From the IMG/VR virus record IMGVR_UViG_3300031841_004478: a stretch of 64,000 bases of DNA; one strand, given 5' to 3'. The position numbers were made by a program, and so were the translations under genes. How positions within the stretch are numbered: position 1 is the first letter of the stretch; each line of letters opens with the position of its first letter. The notes beneath the pieces were generated by a model. That model was not told where the DNA came from, made no database searches, and saw only the letters and a program-made list of their open reading frames with translations. This DNA is from an uncultured virus (IMG/VR IMGVR_UViG_3300031841_004478). Its lineage: Duplodnaviria > Heunggongvirae > Uroviricota > Caudoviricetes. Positions 46,514-56,671 of this stretch are shown one piece after another.

Positions 46514-47704
46514 TTAAGCTGCTGGAAAAGCCACTAAGCCTTGCCCACCAATTCCAACAGATCCTGGTTTATTAGCAGTAAGTCTATTTGTGTTATAACT
46601 ATAAGTAGTATTTTTGGTAGCTGAAGGATTTATATAGGATCCACCTCCTCCGCCATTTCCTCCGCATCCGTTTGCATAACCGGCTGACATTCCTCCAGTG
46701 TAGCCTCCGCCACCACCGCCATAACCACAATTATAACCACCTCCGCCGCCGCCTCCCCAGCCGCCGCGTGTTCCAGTATTATTTTGGTTTAATCCACCTG
46801 TTCCACCTTGTTGCCATCCTCCACCAGCAGTACCTCCAGTACGAACAGAACTACCTCCTCCATTACTAAAGAAACCTCCACCATGCCATCCAGCAAAACG
46901 GTGAAGAACACTACCTCCAGCTTGTGTATAATTAGATCCAGTATTCAAAGCTACACCTTGTCCAACATTTGTTGCTAAATTCTCTGCATAACTTGCTGCG
47001 CCACCTGCACCAGTAACAGCTCCTCCTCCAATATGACCTCTTTCTCCATCATTAGCTTTTGCATAGTTTGGAACATCACCGTTGACGCTGTTATAGCCTC
47101 GATTATCTCCTCCTCCACCACCACCTACACAAATAGGTATTGCACTTGCTGGGCTATCTGTGGTATTTGTAGTATAAGCAATGACTGACATACCACCTCC
47201 ACCAGCACCTTCGTTGTCTCCTGTTGGTTCACCAACTTGTCCAGCAGTTAACCAAATTCTCCATCCCGCGTTTAATGTCATTGATCCAGCCATTTGATAG
47301 CCTTCACCCCATGAGTTATTACTAGCATAAGTACCGGCAGTTAAATCACAACCATCAGCACCTCTAGCCCAAAAGTCATAAATAGCAGTATTTACAAGAT
47401 CGATGTAATAATAACCATTATATGTTGCATTAATACTACCATAATTCAAAATAGTTGTTCCAGAAACATTAGTAATTGTAGTATCATTACTCCAAGTCCC
47501 ACCTGCACTGCCGGCAATAATTGATACATTTAATGCACTAACATCAATCCATCCAGCTCCAGCATTAAAACCTTCTCTATTCGTGGGGGAACCACTAAAA
47601 CCATCACAAACCCCTTGAAGATCCCAAACCCCAACATGGTTTGTAGGATCATAATAAGCCCAAGTTTTTCCTAGTACCCCACCGTTTTGAGACTTTCTTC
47701 CCAT
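46514..47704 (-). CDS. glycine-rich virion/tail protein
   Basis: Poly-Gly tracts, GGGGGYTGG, GGGGSY pattern. Confidence 0.75.
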   Translation of the reverse strand: MGRKSQNGGVLGKTWAYYDPTNHVGVWDLQGVCDGFSGSPTNREGFNAGAGWIDVSALNVSIIAGSAGGTWSNDTTITNVSGTTILNYGSINATYNGYYYIDLVNTAIYDFWARGADGCDLTAGTYASNNSWGEGYQMAGSMTLNAGWRIWLTAGQVGEPTGDNEGAGGGGMSVIAYTTNTTDSPASAIPICVGGGGGGDNRGYNSVNGDVPNYAKANDGERGHIGGGAVTGAGGAASYAENLATNVGQGVALNTGSNYTQAGGSVLHRFAGWHGGGFFSNGGGSSVRTGGTAGGGWQQGGTGGLNQNNTGTRGGWGGGGGGGYNCGYGGGGGGYTGGMSAGYANGCGGNGGGGGSYINPSATKNTTYSYNTNRLTANKPGSVGIGGQGLVAFPAA

Positions 47705-47712
47705 TTTAACAC

Positions 47713-48075
47713 CTAGTCGATAATTGCTTCATATGAAATTACAATTTCTGCATCACTTGCTGTAGTAGCTGAAGCCCTAATTGAATCACCTTCTTCTAAA
47801 TATACCGCTTGATCTTTTGATAATACAATTAAGGTTGTTTTAGCAATTAAATCTATATCATATGCTAAATATCTATTAGTTCCACCATCATTAAATGCTA
47901 CACGCACAGTTGTATCATTCGTTCCATCAACATTAGAAATCATAATTGTATTTACTTTATAAACATAATTAGAACTTGCTGCATTAGTTAAAAACGAATT
48001 AAGACTGGTTGTAACGGCACCAGTAACAGTTCTACCATATATTTGTGCAACATTCACTATATTCGGTGCTGCCAT
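47713..48075 (-). CDS. small beta-rich virion protein
   Basis: MAAPNIVNV, SNVDGT, YLEEGDSI, ISYE. Confidence 0.75.
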   Translation of the reverse strand: MAAPNIVNVAQIYGRTVTGAVTTSLNSFLTNAASSNYVYKVNTIMISNVDGTNDTTVRVAFNDGGTNRYLAYDIDLIAKTTLIVLSKDQAVYLEEGDSIRASATTASDAEIVISYEAIID

Positions 48076-48100
48076 TTTTTCCTCCTAAAATATTATCTAT

Positions 48101-48475
48101 CTATTGTCTCAAAGTTTGATAGCTAAAAACTACTTCTGCATTACTGCCTTGTTCCATAATAACTCTAATTTCATCGCCATATTGAAAATAAAGACCAATA
48201 TTTTCATGAATAACAATTAAAGCTGTTGTCCATGGAACCCAGACTTTATACATTATATAGCGTGCAGTTCCCCCATTTGGTCTAAATTGTACACTCATTT
48301 CATTATCAGTGCTATTAGCACTTTGATTTGAAATAGTTAAATTTTTCAATATCCAAGTTTCATTTCCAGATAAAACATTATGTGTAATTCCAGCGGTACC
48401 ACCTGTTGATGAAATGGTATTAGTAACCATTTGTAATCGAACAGTTGAAAGTGATTCTAAGTTTGCTTCTGCCAT
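48101..48475 (-). CDS. small beta-rich virion protein, paralogue of 47713..48075
   Basis: Shares ISN, RY, GD.IR, AE.V.SY pattern with neighbour. Confidence 0.7.
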   Translation of the reverse strand: MAEANLESLSTVRLQMVTNTISSTGGTAGITHNVLSGNETWILKNLTISNQSANSTDNEMSVQFRPNGGTARYIMYKVWVPWTTALIVIHENIGLYFQYGDEIRVIMEQGSNAEVVFSYQTLRQ

Positions 48476-48478
48476 AAT

Positions 48479-50032
48479 TTATCCAAATATCATTGCCATT
48501 GCAATTGCAACACCAGTGCCCCCACCTGCTAAACCTTGAGATCCAGTATAACCGAGATCACCTTTAGCTCCTTGAGAACCAGTATAACCTTGTGATCCAG
48601 TGTAACCAATCGCACCTCGAGATCCTGTAAATCCTGTAGCTCCTCGAGAACCAGTATAACCAATGACACCTTGAGATCCAGTATAACCGAGATCACCTTT
48701 AGCTCCTTGAGAACCAGTATAACCTTGAGAACCAGTATAACCTTGAGCTCCTCGAGAACCAGTATAACCTTGAGCTCCTTGAGAACCAGTATAACCTTGA
48801 GCTCCTCGTGATCCCGTATAACCAATGACACCTTGAGATCCAGTAAAACCTTGAGATCCAGTGTAACCTTGATCTCCACGAGATCCTACAAATCCAGTTG
48901 AACCTTGAGATCCAGTATAACCTATACCTTGTGAACCTGTATAGCCAACGAATTGACCAACGTTAGTCCAAGCAGAACCATCCCAAATATACAAATTAGA
49001 ATCGGCTTGTACAACATAACCATCACCAGCGGTATTACCACTTGCTGGCAAGTTTCCAACTGTTGCAACAGTACCTTGGATATTCAATGAAGTACCATCA
49101 GCTCCTCGAGATCCAGTGTAACCAATTACACCTCGAGATCCTGTAAATCCTGTAGCTCCTCGAGATCCAGTGTAACCAATCACACCTCGAGAACCAGTAT
49201 AGCCAATTACACCTCGAGATCCAGTATAACCGAGATCACCTTTAGCTCCTTGAGAACCAGTATAACCTTGTGATCCCGTATAACCGATAACACCCTGTGA
49301 ACCCGTATAGCCAATTACACCTCGAGATCCAGTGTAACCTTGAGCTCCACGAGATCCCGTATAACCAATGGCCCCTCGAGAACCAGTATAACCGATAGCA
49401 CCTTGAGCAGCTGGCACAAAAGTAATTAAAATTTGATCATTATCACTTAATGTTATAGAACCACCAGCAGAAGATATAGTTGCTGTAACAACACCACTTG
49501 CTAAAGAAAATACTGATTCAACCCTAAATACTTGGGTTGTTCCATCAGAAACATCGGCTGGTCTTATTTGCAAATAACCAATAAAATTATTTACAGCATC
49601 ACCAAAGTTATCTAGTGTAGTAAAATAATCTGTGAGATTATTTGCATTTGCATCAGTAACATTAATACCAATTTGAGTAGCAGAACCAATAGCAGCGTTA
49701 TTAAATCTTATTTCACCTGTAAGTGCTCCACCCACAGTAGTGCCAGTATCATAAGCATATAAAATACCTTGAGATTGTGAAGAACCACCGTAACCAACAG
49801 ATCCAGTAAAACCAACTGATCCAGTAAAACCTTGAGATCCAACAAAACCAAGGGATCCTCTTGATCCTGTAAATCCAGCACCTTTAGATCCAGTAAAACC
49901 TTGCGAACCAGTATATCCTAAATTTGGTTCAACAGTCCAAGAAGTAGAATTACTATCATATAGATAGTCAATACCATTTGCTGAATAAGTATCGTTGTGC
50001 GATGGATTTATTGGAAAGTTAAGTATAGCCAT
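48479..50032 (-). CDS. collagen-like (Gly-X-Y) fibre protein
   Basis: Three blocks of G-Y-T-G-S-(Q/R)-G-x-x repeats; N-terminal FP.NP domain; C-terminal AIAMAMIFG. Confidence 0.85.
   Translation of the reverse strand: MAILNFPINPSHNDTYSANGIDYLYDSNSTSWTVEPNLGYTGSQGFTGSKGAGFTGSRGSLGFVGSQGFTGSVGFTGSVGYGGSSQSQGILYAYDTGTTVGGALTGEIRFNNAAIGSATQIGINVTDANANNLTDYFTTLDNFGDAVNNFIGYLQIRPADVSDGTTQVFRVESVFSLASGVVTATISSAGGSITLSDNDQILITFVPAAQGAIGYTGSRGAIGYTGSRGAQGYTGSRGVIGYTGSQGVIGYTGSQGYTGSQGAKGDLGYTGSRGVIGYTGSRGVIGYTGSRGATGFTGSRGVIGYTGSRGADGTSLNIQGTVATVGNLPASGNTAGDGYVVQADSNLYIWDGSAWTNVGQFVGYTGSQGIGYTGSQGSTGFVGSRGDQGYTGSQGFTGSQGVIGYTGSRGAQGYTGSQGAQGYTGSRGAQGYTGSQGYTGSQGAKGDLGYTGSQGVIGYTGSRGATGFTGSRGAIGYTGSQGYTGSQGAKGDLGYTGSQGLAGGGTGVAIAMAMIFG
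48530..49400 (-). repeat. coding tandem 18/27-bp repeats (GYTGSQ/GYTGSRG)
   Basis: Repeated ggttatactgg(a/t)tctc(a/g)agg units, with a non-repeat insert at about 48950..49100. Confidence 0.9.
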
Positions 50033-50035
50033 ATC

Positions 50036-53000
50036 TTATGCACTCTTCGCTAAAATGTTTCTTTCGGGGTCAAATTCAACAAATACTCCTGACACAGCTT
50101 TATCCCACGTAGCTTCAGAAAATCCTGTAATTAGGAATGAAGTTCCGTTATTATCTATGCTGTATGAGAAATCAGCAGATCCTGAACCAATTTGATATTT
50201 ACTCCATCCTGCATAATTACCAAAACCATCGCTATCAAAATCAAATATAGCGAGACCCATATCTTTCAATCCATATGTAATTGAATTATCAGCAAATGTT
50301 CCAGCAGTATTACAAACAACAGCGATCCTTCCATCTGATAAAAGTGTACTTGGTTTTCCGTTTTGATCAATTTCTTCTGAAGTTTCTGAACCGACTTGGA
50401 ATCCTTGACTCCAACTATCAGTATCGTAATTAAATGTAATTACGCCAATATCTTCAGATCCAAACGTTGGTGAACCATTTACAGAACCAAATGATGTATA
50501 AACTAATGCCAATGTGTTAGGAATTTTTGGATGTAAATCATGAACATTCATTGCTTTATCATTAAAACCAGATCCTTGGTTATAATATTCAGCAACCCAA
50601 GCATTTGGATCAAAAATACCAAGGAATAAATCATAACCACCAAATAATGGAGTATCTGAGTCAGGTGAACCAATATCAGTACCTAATTGTCCAGTTGTTC
50701 TACCGCAGAATGCGATATGACCATTTTTAGAACCACCAGTACCAGCTGCAGTCTGAATATAGAATGGATGACCTGGAGCTTGAATGTTAAATCTTACAGT
50801 ATCACCAGTGTCGATTGTAATTGTAGGATTATCTGCTGTTGAATTAATTGTACCATTTCTATCTGATCCACTAAATCTAAATGCAAGAGATGCATTATTC
50901 GTTACAGTGATATTGAATGTTTGTGGTGAAGCATGTACATCAGTTACAATAAGTTGACCTTGCATCGCAGTATGAAGTCCACACTGGTAGTAATAAGTAC
51001 CAGCAGTTGATGGTGTCCATTCTACTGTTCCATCTTGACGACCTTGGCCAGCAGCTTCAGGATTAGTGACAAGAAGAGCTGTACCAGTTAATTCGGTAAT
51101 CGCATAGATCTCTTCATCTTGTGCTGTACCATTTTGCCAGAACCTAAATTGTTCAGAGGCAATATCCCATTGGAATAATGTATAGTCATAAACACCAGAT
51201 TGACCATCATTAGTTCTTGCAATATTACCAGACACTTGACCACCAAGATAATAGTATTCTTGATCTCTTGATTTAATTACGTCATAAGCAAATACGTTTC
51301 CATCATCGGCAGTAGCATCACCCACTGTAGATACTTGGTGTATTTCAAAGAAATCATCTGGAACCCTATGTACAATTTTCCCCGCTTGTGCTTCTGCAAT
51401 ATATTGATCAGTGTTTTTAAATGATTGTAAATCTCCTTGATCTACAATTCCTAAAAATCCTGTAAATAATCCATTAGCACCATATGATCCGTTATATTCA
51501 ACGTGAACAGTACCATTAGTATTGTCGAGTAAACTAGATCCTAATGAAGCAGTATTTTGTAAAGTAGAAAGCGAAGTATTTGGGAATGTATTACTATCAT
51601 AAGTAGGTCCACTATATACTGTAGGAGATAAATAAATTGAATCATAATAATAAGCATTAGATGTAGAAGCTTCGGTGTGATATACACCAGTTCCAAATCC
51701 ATCTTTCCACAATCTAAATAAAATACCATCTTCACCGACAGAGTGAGATGTAGATGAACCAACTGCTACAAAATTTCTACCATGAGCATCCCATACCATG
51801 GATTTATTAATATCATCATTACCCATATGTCCAAGAGAATTTGCCCATTCAACGCTACCATCTGAATCATTAATAGCAGCAAAGAAAGTATCTCTTCTCA
51901 TTAAAATATCAGATGTATAATCTGGATGAGCAGCATTACTATCTAAATCCCATCCTTCTCCACCTACAATAAATCTTACTTGGCCATTATGGAAGAATTG
52001 ATCTTCATTTTTCCACCAATCTCTTTTATCTGAATCTTCAACGACAACTGAAAGGAAACGATTTACATTACCGTATTGAGATTGATATGTTTTTGACCAA
52101 TATTTTGTAGTATTATGTACAGCAGCACCGCTTCCTGTAGTTTCGGTATATATTTGCCATTTTTCTGCTAAAGCAAATCCATATCCATTTGTTCCATTAG
52201 AATCGCCTGGAGTAAGATTCAAATCTTCTATTTGACCAACAACAATAATATCATATTTTTGACTATCGCTATAATATTTTAAAACATCAATATCATTAAA
52301 TACATTTTCTTCATTATTATAGTTTGTAAGTGTATTATCTGAAATAGCAGCTGCAGTTGCATCTTCATTAACTAAATTTGTATTCCAATGAATAAGATCT
52401 GAAGTAAATACATTTCCATAACCCCACATCGGAGCTCTGTAATTACCACGCGTTTCAGATCCAACGAAGAAGAAATCACCAGTATCTTCTTTTCCTGGTT
52501 TTATTCGTTTAATATGTAAAGATGTATCATATGTTCCGCTATTTGCAATAGCTTCTGTTGATTTTGAAACAGTAACATTTCCATTTGGATCCATTAAGAA
52601 AATTAATCCAGAAGTTAAAGTATCTGAATCTCCAGTAAATGAATTATTTTCGATAAATCCTACTACATATTCTTGACCTTGTCGAGTTACAATACAATGA
52701 TCGGTTATTTTATGAACATTTGTTCCTTGAAATAATCCTTTTGTAAATTCTACAGTATGAGTTGCTAGATTTATTTTGTTAATAAATCCACTTCTTTTAC
52801 CTGTTTGATTTTTTGTCCAACCAGATGTATAAGCATAGCCATTTCTAATATCAATTGAATTTATATTGGTAGAATCTGGTCCTACTGAATAATAATAATT
52901 TTCTTTATAATTATAATTTTTATCCCAAGCCTGTAAAATAGCTCTACCATTAATAGTATCATTACCTACAGTATAAAAATTACCAGAAATACTATCTCTT

Positions 53001-55324
53001 TGAACATCATATAAGTACATATCAGCAGAGTCATTTGATTGATGAATATTTCTACCCCAACCATGTACCCATTGATCGCCTTTAGGAGCAAGTTCTCCTT
53101 TTGAATAACCAGATAATACAAGTTTATTATTAATTTTATCTTCAATAATACCAGTAAGGAAGTTATCACCAGTTCCACCCCAAGTATAGCTTACTGAATT
53201 ATTTTCGTTATCAACAATAGTAAGTAATAAATCACCAGTATTTTCTGCACCAGTAGTTTGAGGATGTCCTTCAAGTCTACCAACAAGAGCTTTACGACCA
53301 TCTTCAAGATAGATTCCTTGGAAATAATATTCTTCTGAATTGCCAGTATTAATTTCTTTTAGATTATAGAAGGTAGGAGAAGCTGTTTTCCATTGGAATA
53401 TTGATGTTCCATTTGCAATTCCTTCTGGTTCTGTACCAGTATTATATTCAATAACTCCATCTGAATGAGTATAGCGTAAATAACCACCCTGAAGAGGTGA
53501 TCTTGTTGTAAATGTTCCGGTAGTTGTATCATATGACATGTGATCGTAACCATCAAATGCACCACCAGCCAAGTCAAAACTATAAAGACCTTTACCCGAA
53601 TAATTACCTGCTGCTCCATCTACACCAGAAAGAAGAGTAAAGAATTTAGTAGTTGCAGCGTTATATTTAAATCCATGTAATCTTAAAAATTGATCTGAAT
53701 CATTTGTTACAATATTACCTTCAAGAGTTAAATCACCAACTGAATCGATTTGATTTGGCGCACTAAACATTTGCACACCACCTTGTAATCCACTTGATGC
53801 TGCAACGTAAATATTACTGCCAACACTTGTAATATAACAATCCGGTTTATGATCTAAACCATGAAATTGAAATGGCATATCAATTTGATTTAATGTACCT
53901 GGAGAAATTGTATTAGCATCTGTCAATTGCCAGATTTTTTGATCAAATGTGCCATCTCTTTCAGTAATAACTATTTGACCATACATATTATTATGAAGTG
54001 AACAAATATAATATACTGTCTCTGCAGTTTGAGGAGTAAATGTAAGAGTAGAACTACCCGTTCCTCCGCCTGAAGCACCTGCCACATTATGACTAGTTGG
54101 TGTTGGATTAATGCTAGTAGTATCACGTATATACATTGGGTGAGCAAGATATTGAGAGTTCTCAATTGTTAATGTATCACCGACTTTGATGTATATTGTT
54201 GGTTGGTTTCTTTCAGCATGAGCACCTTGTCTATCATTTCCAGTTATCGCATAAACAACACCACCGCCGACGATATCTGTAACTTCATAATTGTAAGGAC
54301 GAGCTTCAGCCTTCATTATAACAGGCATATATATTTTAGAACCAAATGCATGACCTGCACTTATTCTTAATGCATAAGAACTTTGAGTGCCTTCAGCGTT
54401 TTCATTGCCTCCTGGATATGGATTGAAATCAGGATCAGCTATGTCAAATGTACCATAATTTACTTCATTTGTAAAAGATCCAGAAGTGGAAGTGTATGTT
54501 CTCGAAAATACATTCCAACCATTGGCTCCAGCATCGCTTAAATAAAATGCATGGAATCTATTAGAACCACCCTTTAAAATACCACCAGGCATATAGTTAA
54601 TACCAGCGGTATTAGGTAAAGTCACGTCATTGTGAGAGTTGTGAGCACCACCAACAGAAGGAGTGTGAATACGAGCAAGAGGAACTGAATATGCACTTTG
54701 ACCTTGTTTTGCAAGGATATTAATTAAGTAACCAAATTGTTTATCGGCTGGTCTAATATAACCGTCTGAAGCAAATACGATTCGTCCATCATCATATTTT
54801 GAATAGTTTGAAGGAAGGTGTTTGTGGTATTGATAAAATTCCCAATTACCACCAGCATTTGCTTGATAAAGTCTATCCCAGTAAAACGCATCATCTTCTA
54901 ATGAACCACCAGACGGAGTAGTTGCTCCAGTATTATCATCACCAAAGGTACCAATATGCGCAAACATAAAGGCATCATTTTCAGTTTGGTTTGTAATATC
55001 GTTTAAACCAGGACCAATGTCTTGTATACATCCACCATGGTATCTTAAAACACCAGGCGCATGTGAATCATCAATAAATGTAATTGTACCGTCTAATTCA
55101 ACACGATTTGCATTAGTACTTAATTGACTCGCAGAACCAATTGATAATACTGTATCCCATTCATATACTTGAATAGAGTTTCCAGTAAGTACATTATTAG
55201 AATCCAAATCAGATGGATGATATGTATACCAATATCCTGCATCAGAAATATGGTGCATAACTGGTAAACCCAGAAAATCTGAATCTACTAATGCGACTTC
55301 TCTTGTTAAATTAGCAATTGCCAT
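50036..55324 (-). CDS. large virion structural protein (beta-propeller-like repeats, two cupredoxin-like inserts)
   Basis: 1762 aa, G/S/T/N/D rich; HPMY...CSLHNNM and CGLHTAM...GHPFY motifs. Confidence 0.75.
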   Translation of the reverse strand: MAIANLTREVALVDSDFLGLPVMHHISDAGYWYTYHPSDLDSNNVLTGNSIQVYEWDTVLSIGSASQLSTNANRVELDGTITFIDDSHAPGVLRYHGGCIQDIGPGLNDITNQTENDAFMFAHIGTFGDDNTGATTPSGGSLEDDAFYWDRLYQANAGGNWEFYQYHKHLPSNYSKYDDGRIVFASDGYIRPADKQFGYLINILAKQGQSAYSVPLARIHTPSVGGAHNSHNDVTLPNTAGINYMPGGILKGGSNRFHAFYLSDAGANGWNVFSRTYTSTSGSFTNEVNYGTFDIADPDFNPYPGGNENAEGTQSSYALRISAGHAFGSKIYMPVIMKAEARPYNYEVTDIVGGGVVYAITGNDRQGAHAERNQPTIYIKVGDTLTIENSQYLAHPMYIRDTTSINPTPTSHNVAGASGGGTGSSTLTFTPQTAETVYYICSLHNNMYGQIVITERDGTFDQKIWQLTDANTISPGTLNQIDMPFQFHGLDHKPDCYITSVGSNIYVAASSGLQGGVQMFSAPNQIDSVGDLTLEGNIVTNDSDQFLRLHGFKYNAATTKFFTLLSGVDGAAGNYSGKGLYSFDLAGGAFDGYDHMSYDTTTGTFTTRSPLQGGYLRYTHSDGVIEYNTGTEPEGIANGTSIFQWKTASPTFYNLKEINTGNSEEYYFQGIYLEDGRKALVGRLEGHPQTTGAENTGDLLLTIVDNENNSVSYTWGGTGDNFLTGIIEDKINNKLVLSGYSKGELAPKGDQWVHGWGRNIHQSNDSADMYLYDVQRDSISGNFYTVGNDTINGRAILQAWDKNYNYKENYYYSVGPDSTNINSIDIRNGYAYTSGWTKNQTGKRSGFINKINLATHTVEFTKGLFQGTNVHKITDHCIVTRQGQEYVVGFIENNSFTGDSDTLTSGLIFLMDPNGNVTVSKSTEAIANSGTYDTSLHIKRIKPGKEDTGDFFFVGSETRGNYRAPMWGYGNVFTSDLIHWNTNLVNEDATAAAISDNTLTNYNNEENVFNDIDVLKYYSDSQKYDIIVVGQIEDLNLTPGDSNGTNGYGFALAEKWQIYTETTGSGAAVHNTTKYWSKTYQSQYGNVNRFLSVVVEDSDKRDWWKNEDQFFHNGQVRFIVGGEGWDLDSNAAHPDYTSDILMRRDTFFAAINDSDGSVEWANSLGHMGNDDINKSMVWDAHGRNFVAVGSSTSHSVGEDGILFRLWKDGFGTGVYHTEASTSNAYYYDSIYLSPTVYSGPTYDSNTFPNTSLSTLQNTASLGSSLLDNTNGTVHVEYNGSYGANGLFTGFLGIVDQGDLQSFKNTDQYIAEAQAGKIVHRVPDDFFEIHQVSTVGDATADDGNVFAYDVIKSRDQEYYYLGGQVSGNIARTNDGQSGVYDYTLFQWDIASEQFRFWQNGTAQDEEIYAITELTGTALLVTNPEAAGQGRQDGTVEWTPSTAGTYYYQCGLHTAMQGQLIVTDVHASPQTFNITVTNNASLAFRFSGSDRNGTINSTADNPTITIDTGDTVRFNIQAPGHPFYIQTAAGTGGSKNGHIAFCGRTTGQLGTDIGSPDSDTPLFGGYDLFLGIFDPNAWVAEYYNQGSGFNDKAMNVHDLHPKIPNTLALVYTSFGSVNGSPTFGSEDIGVITFNYDTDSWSQGFQVGSETSEEIDQNGKPSTLLSDGRIAVVCNTAGTFADNSITYGLKDMGLAIFDFDSDGFGNYAGWSKYQIGSGSADFSYSIDNNGTSFLITGFSEATWDKAVSGVFVEFDPERNILAKSA

Positions 55325-55327
55325 AAA

Positions 55328-55696
55328 TTATGTTCCTGAAATTGGTATTCCTGGTCTAAATACGATATCTGTAGTATTTAAAGCAAATCCAATGAGCAAT
55401 GCTCGAGTTGCGGTTGTAGGTGTTGGAGGTGTAGAAATTAGATCACCAGTTGTTCCTAAATAATATGGAGAACCAGGTGTTAAACCTGAAAATCCTGAAA
55501 CAACTCCACTTGCATAATATTCACCACCAATTTTAATTAAGATAGCTAAAAGTTGTGATGAAGTATCGGTATTTGCCGCGTTAATTGCTGTATTTGAACC
55601 AGATATTCTAACTACTTTACCATTGTCACCGCCAGTAATATTAGGAACGGTAACGGCATTAGAAGATAGTGTACTGGTCGATTTAATAAATGCCAT
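55328..55696 (-). CDS. small virion protein (capsid-cement/fibre-like)
   Basis: GLTPG..YYL...G.L....P.....IG.AL pattern. Confidence 0.7.
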   Translation of the reverse strand: MAFIKSTSTLSSNAVTVPNITGGDNGKVVRISGSNTAINAANTDTSSQLLAILIKIGGEYYASGVVSGFSGLTPGSPYYLGTTGDLISTPPTPTTATRALLIGFALNTTDIVFRPGIPISGT

Positions 55697-55699
55697 TTA

Positions 55700-56668
55700 T
55701 TATACTCCCTCTCTGACGAGTTCTAAATATGATGTATTTAATATAGCACCAGTGTTATCGCTATTTGAAATCATTAATTCGACAAAATCATCTTCTAAAA
55801 AATAAAATATTTCATCTAGTTCAATAAAATCATTAGCACTCATATTAATAGTTGTTAAATTTGTAGTTGTAACTCCACGAGTTCTTCTTAAGGATATTGT
55901 ATAAGAATCTTCTGATCCAGCAGAAGAAGTACTAACAAAAGATCTAACTTTATAATATCCTGATGCTCTAATTGTAAGTCTTTCTGGTTCTGTATTATAC
56001 CAATACAAATCGCCTAAAACATTAGCATTCGTATTAAAATCAACATTATTCCAAGTTGTTGCAAGAGGACTACTTGTAGTATTAGATGAAGCATTTAAAA
56101 TTGCTCTTACTCCACTAAAAGCAACATGGTTACTTACACCTGTACCTGGTGTAAAACCAAGACGATATAATTGGAATTCAGAATTTGCATTAATTGTTCC
56201 TGTTCCTGTACTTTCTTTACCATAAACTTCTAAATAATCCCCGGAATTTAATTCTATAGTTTGATCATAACTAGTATTTTGATTAGGACCTAAAGTAGTT
56301 GTATCAATAGCTATTCCATTTTTTCTTAATTCAAATGTATAAGAAGCTCCAGCACCAGTTGATCCAGTAAAATATGATACGGTTATTCTATAAAATCCAG
56401 TAGTAGGAGCAGTTAATCTACCTTGATTAGCATTTATATAATAATTATCGATATCAAATTCTAAATCTTGAAATTGAATTAAAGAAAAATCTTGAGTTAA
56501 AGTATATACGTTTTGATTATATAATTTAGCTCCGCTAAAATTCTTACGTGTAGTAGATGTAATTACATTCCAGTATGGACCATCGCTATCATATTGCCAT
56601 ATTGCCTGATTAGGATCGGTGTAAAGATCTAAATGATTTGGTAAATTTGGAAAAATTAGTGTTGCCAT
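55700..56668 (-). CDS. virion protein with two tandem C1q/jelly-roll-like domains
   Basis: Internal duplication FSG.....RLT....G.Y...D..E. Confidence 0.65.
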   Translation of the reverse strand: MATLIFPNLPNHLDLYTDPNQAIWQYDSDGPYWNVITSTTRKNFSGAKLYNQNVYTLTQDFSLIQFQDLEFDIDNYYINANQGRLTAPTTGFYRITVSYFTGSTGAGASYTFELRKNGIAIDTTTLGPNQNTSYDQTIELNSGDYLEVYGKESTGTGTINANSEFQLYRLGFTPGTGVSNHVAFSGVRAILNASSNTTSSPLATTWNNVDFNTNANVLGDLYWYNTEPERLTIRASGYYKVRSFVSTSSAGSEDSYTISLRRTRGVTTTNLTTINMSANDFIELDEIFYFLEDDFVELMISNSDNTGAILNTSYLELVREGV

Positions 56669-56671
56669 GTC

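Noticed and set aside
48530..49920. Regular short repeats resembling a CRISPR array
   Set aside because: Units are multiples of 9 bp, vary at third codon positions and have no unique spacers; they encode Gly-X-Y
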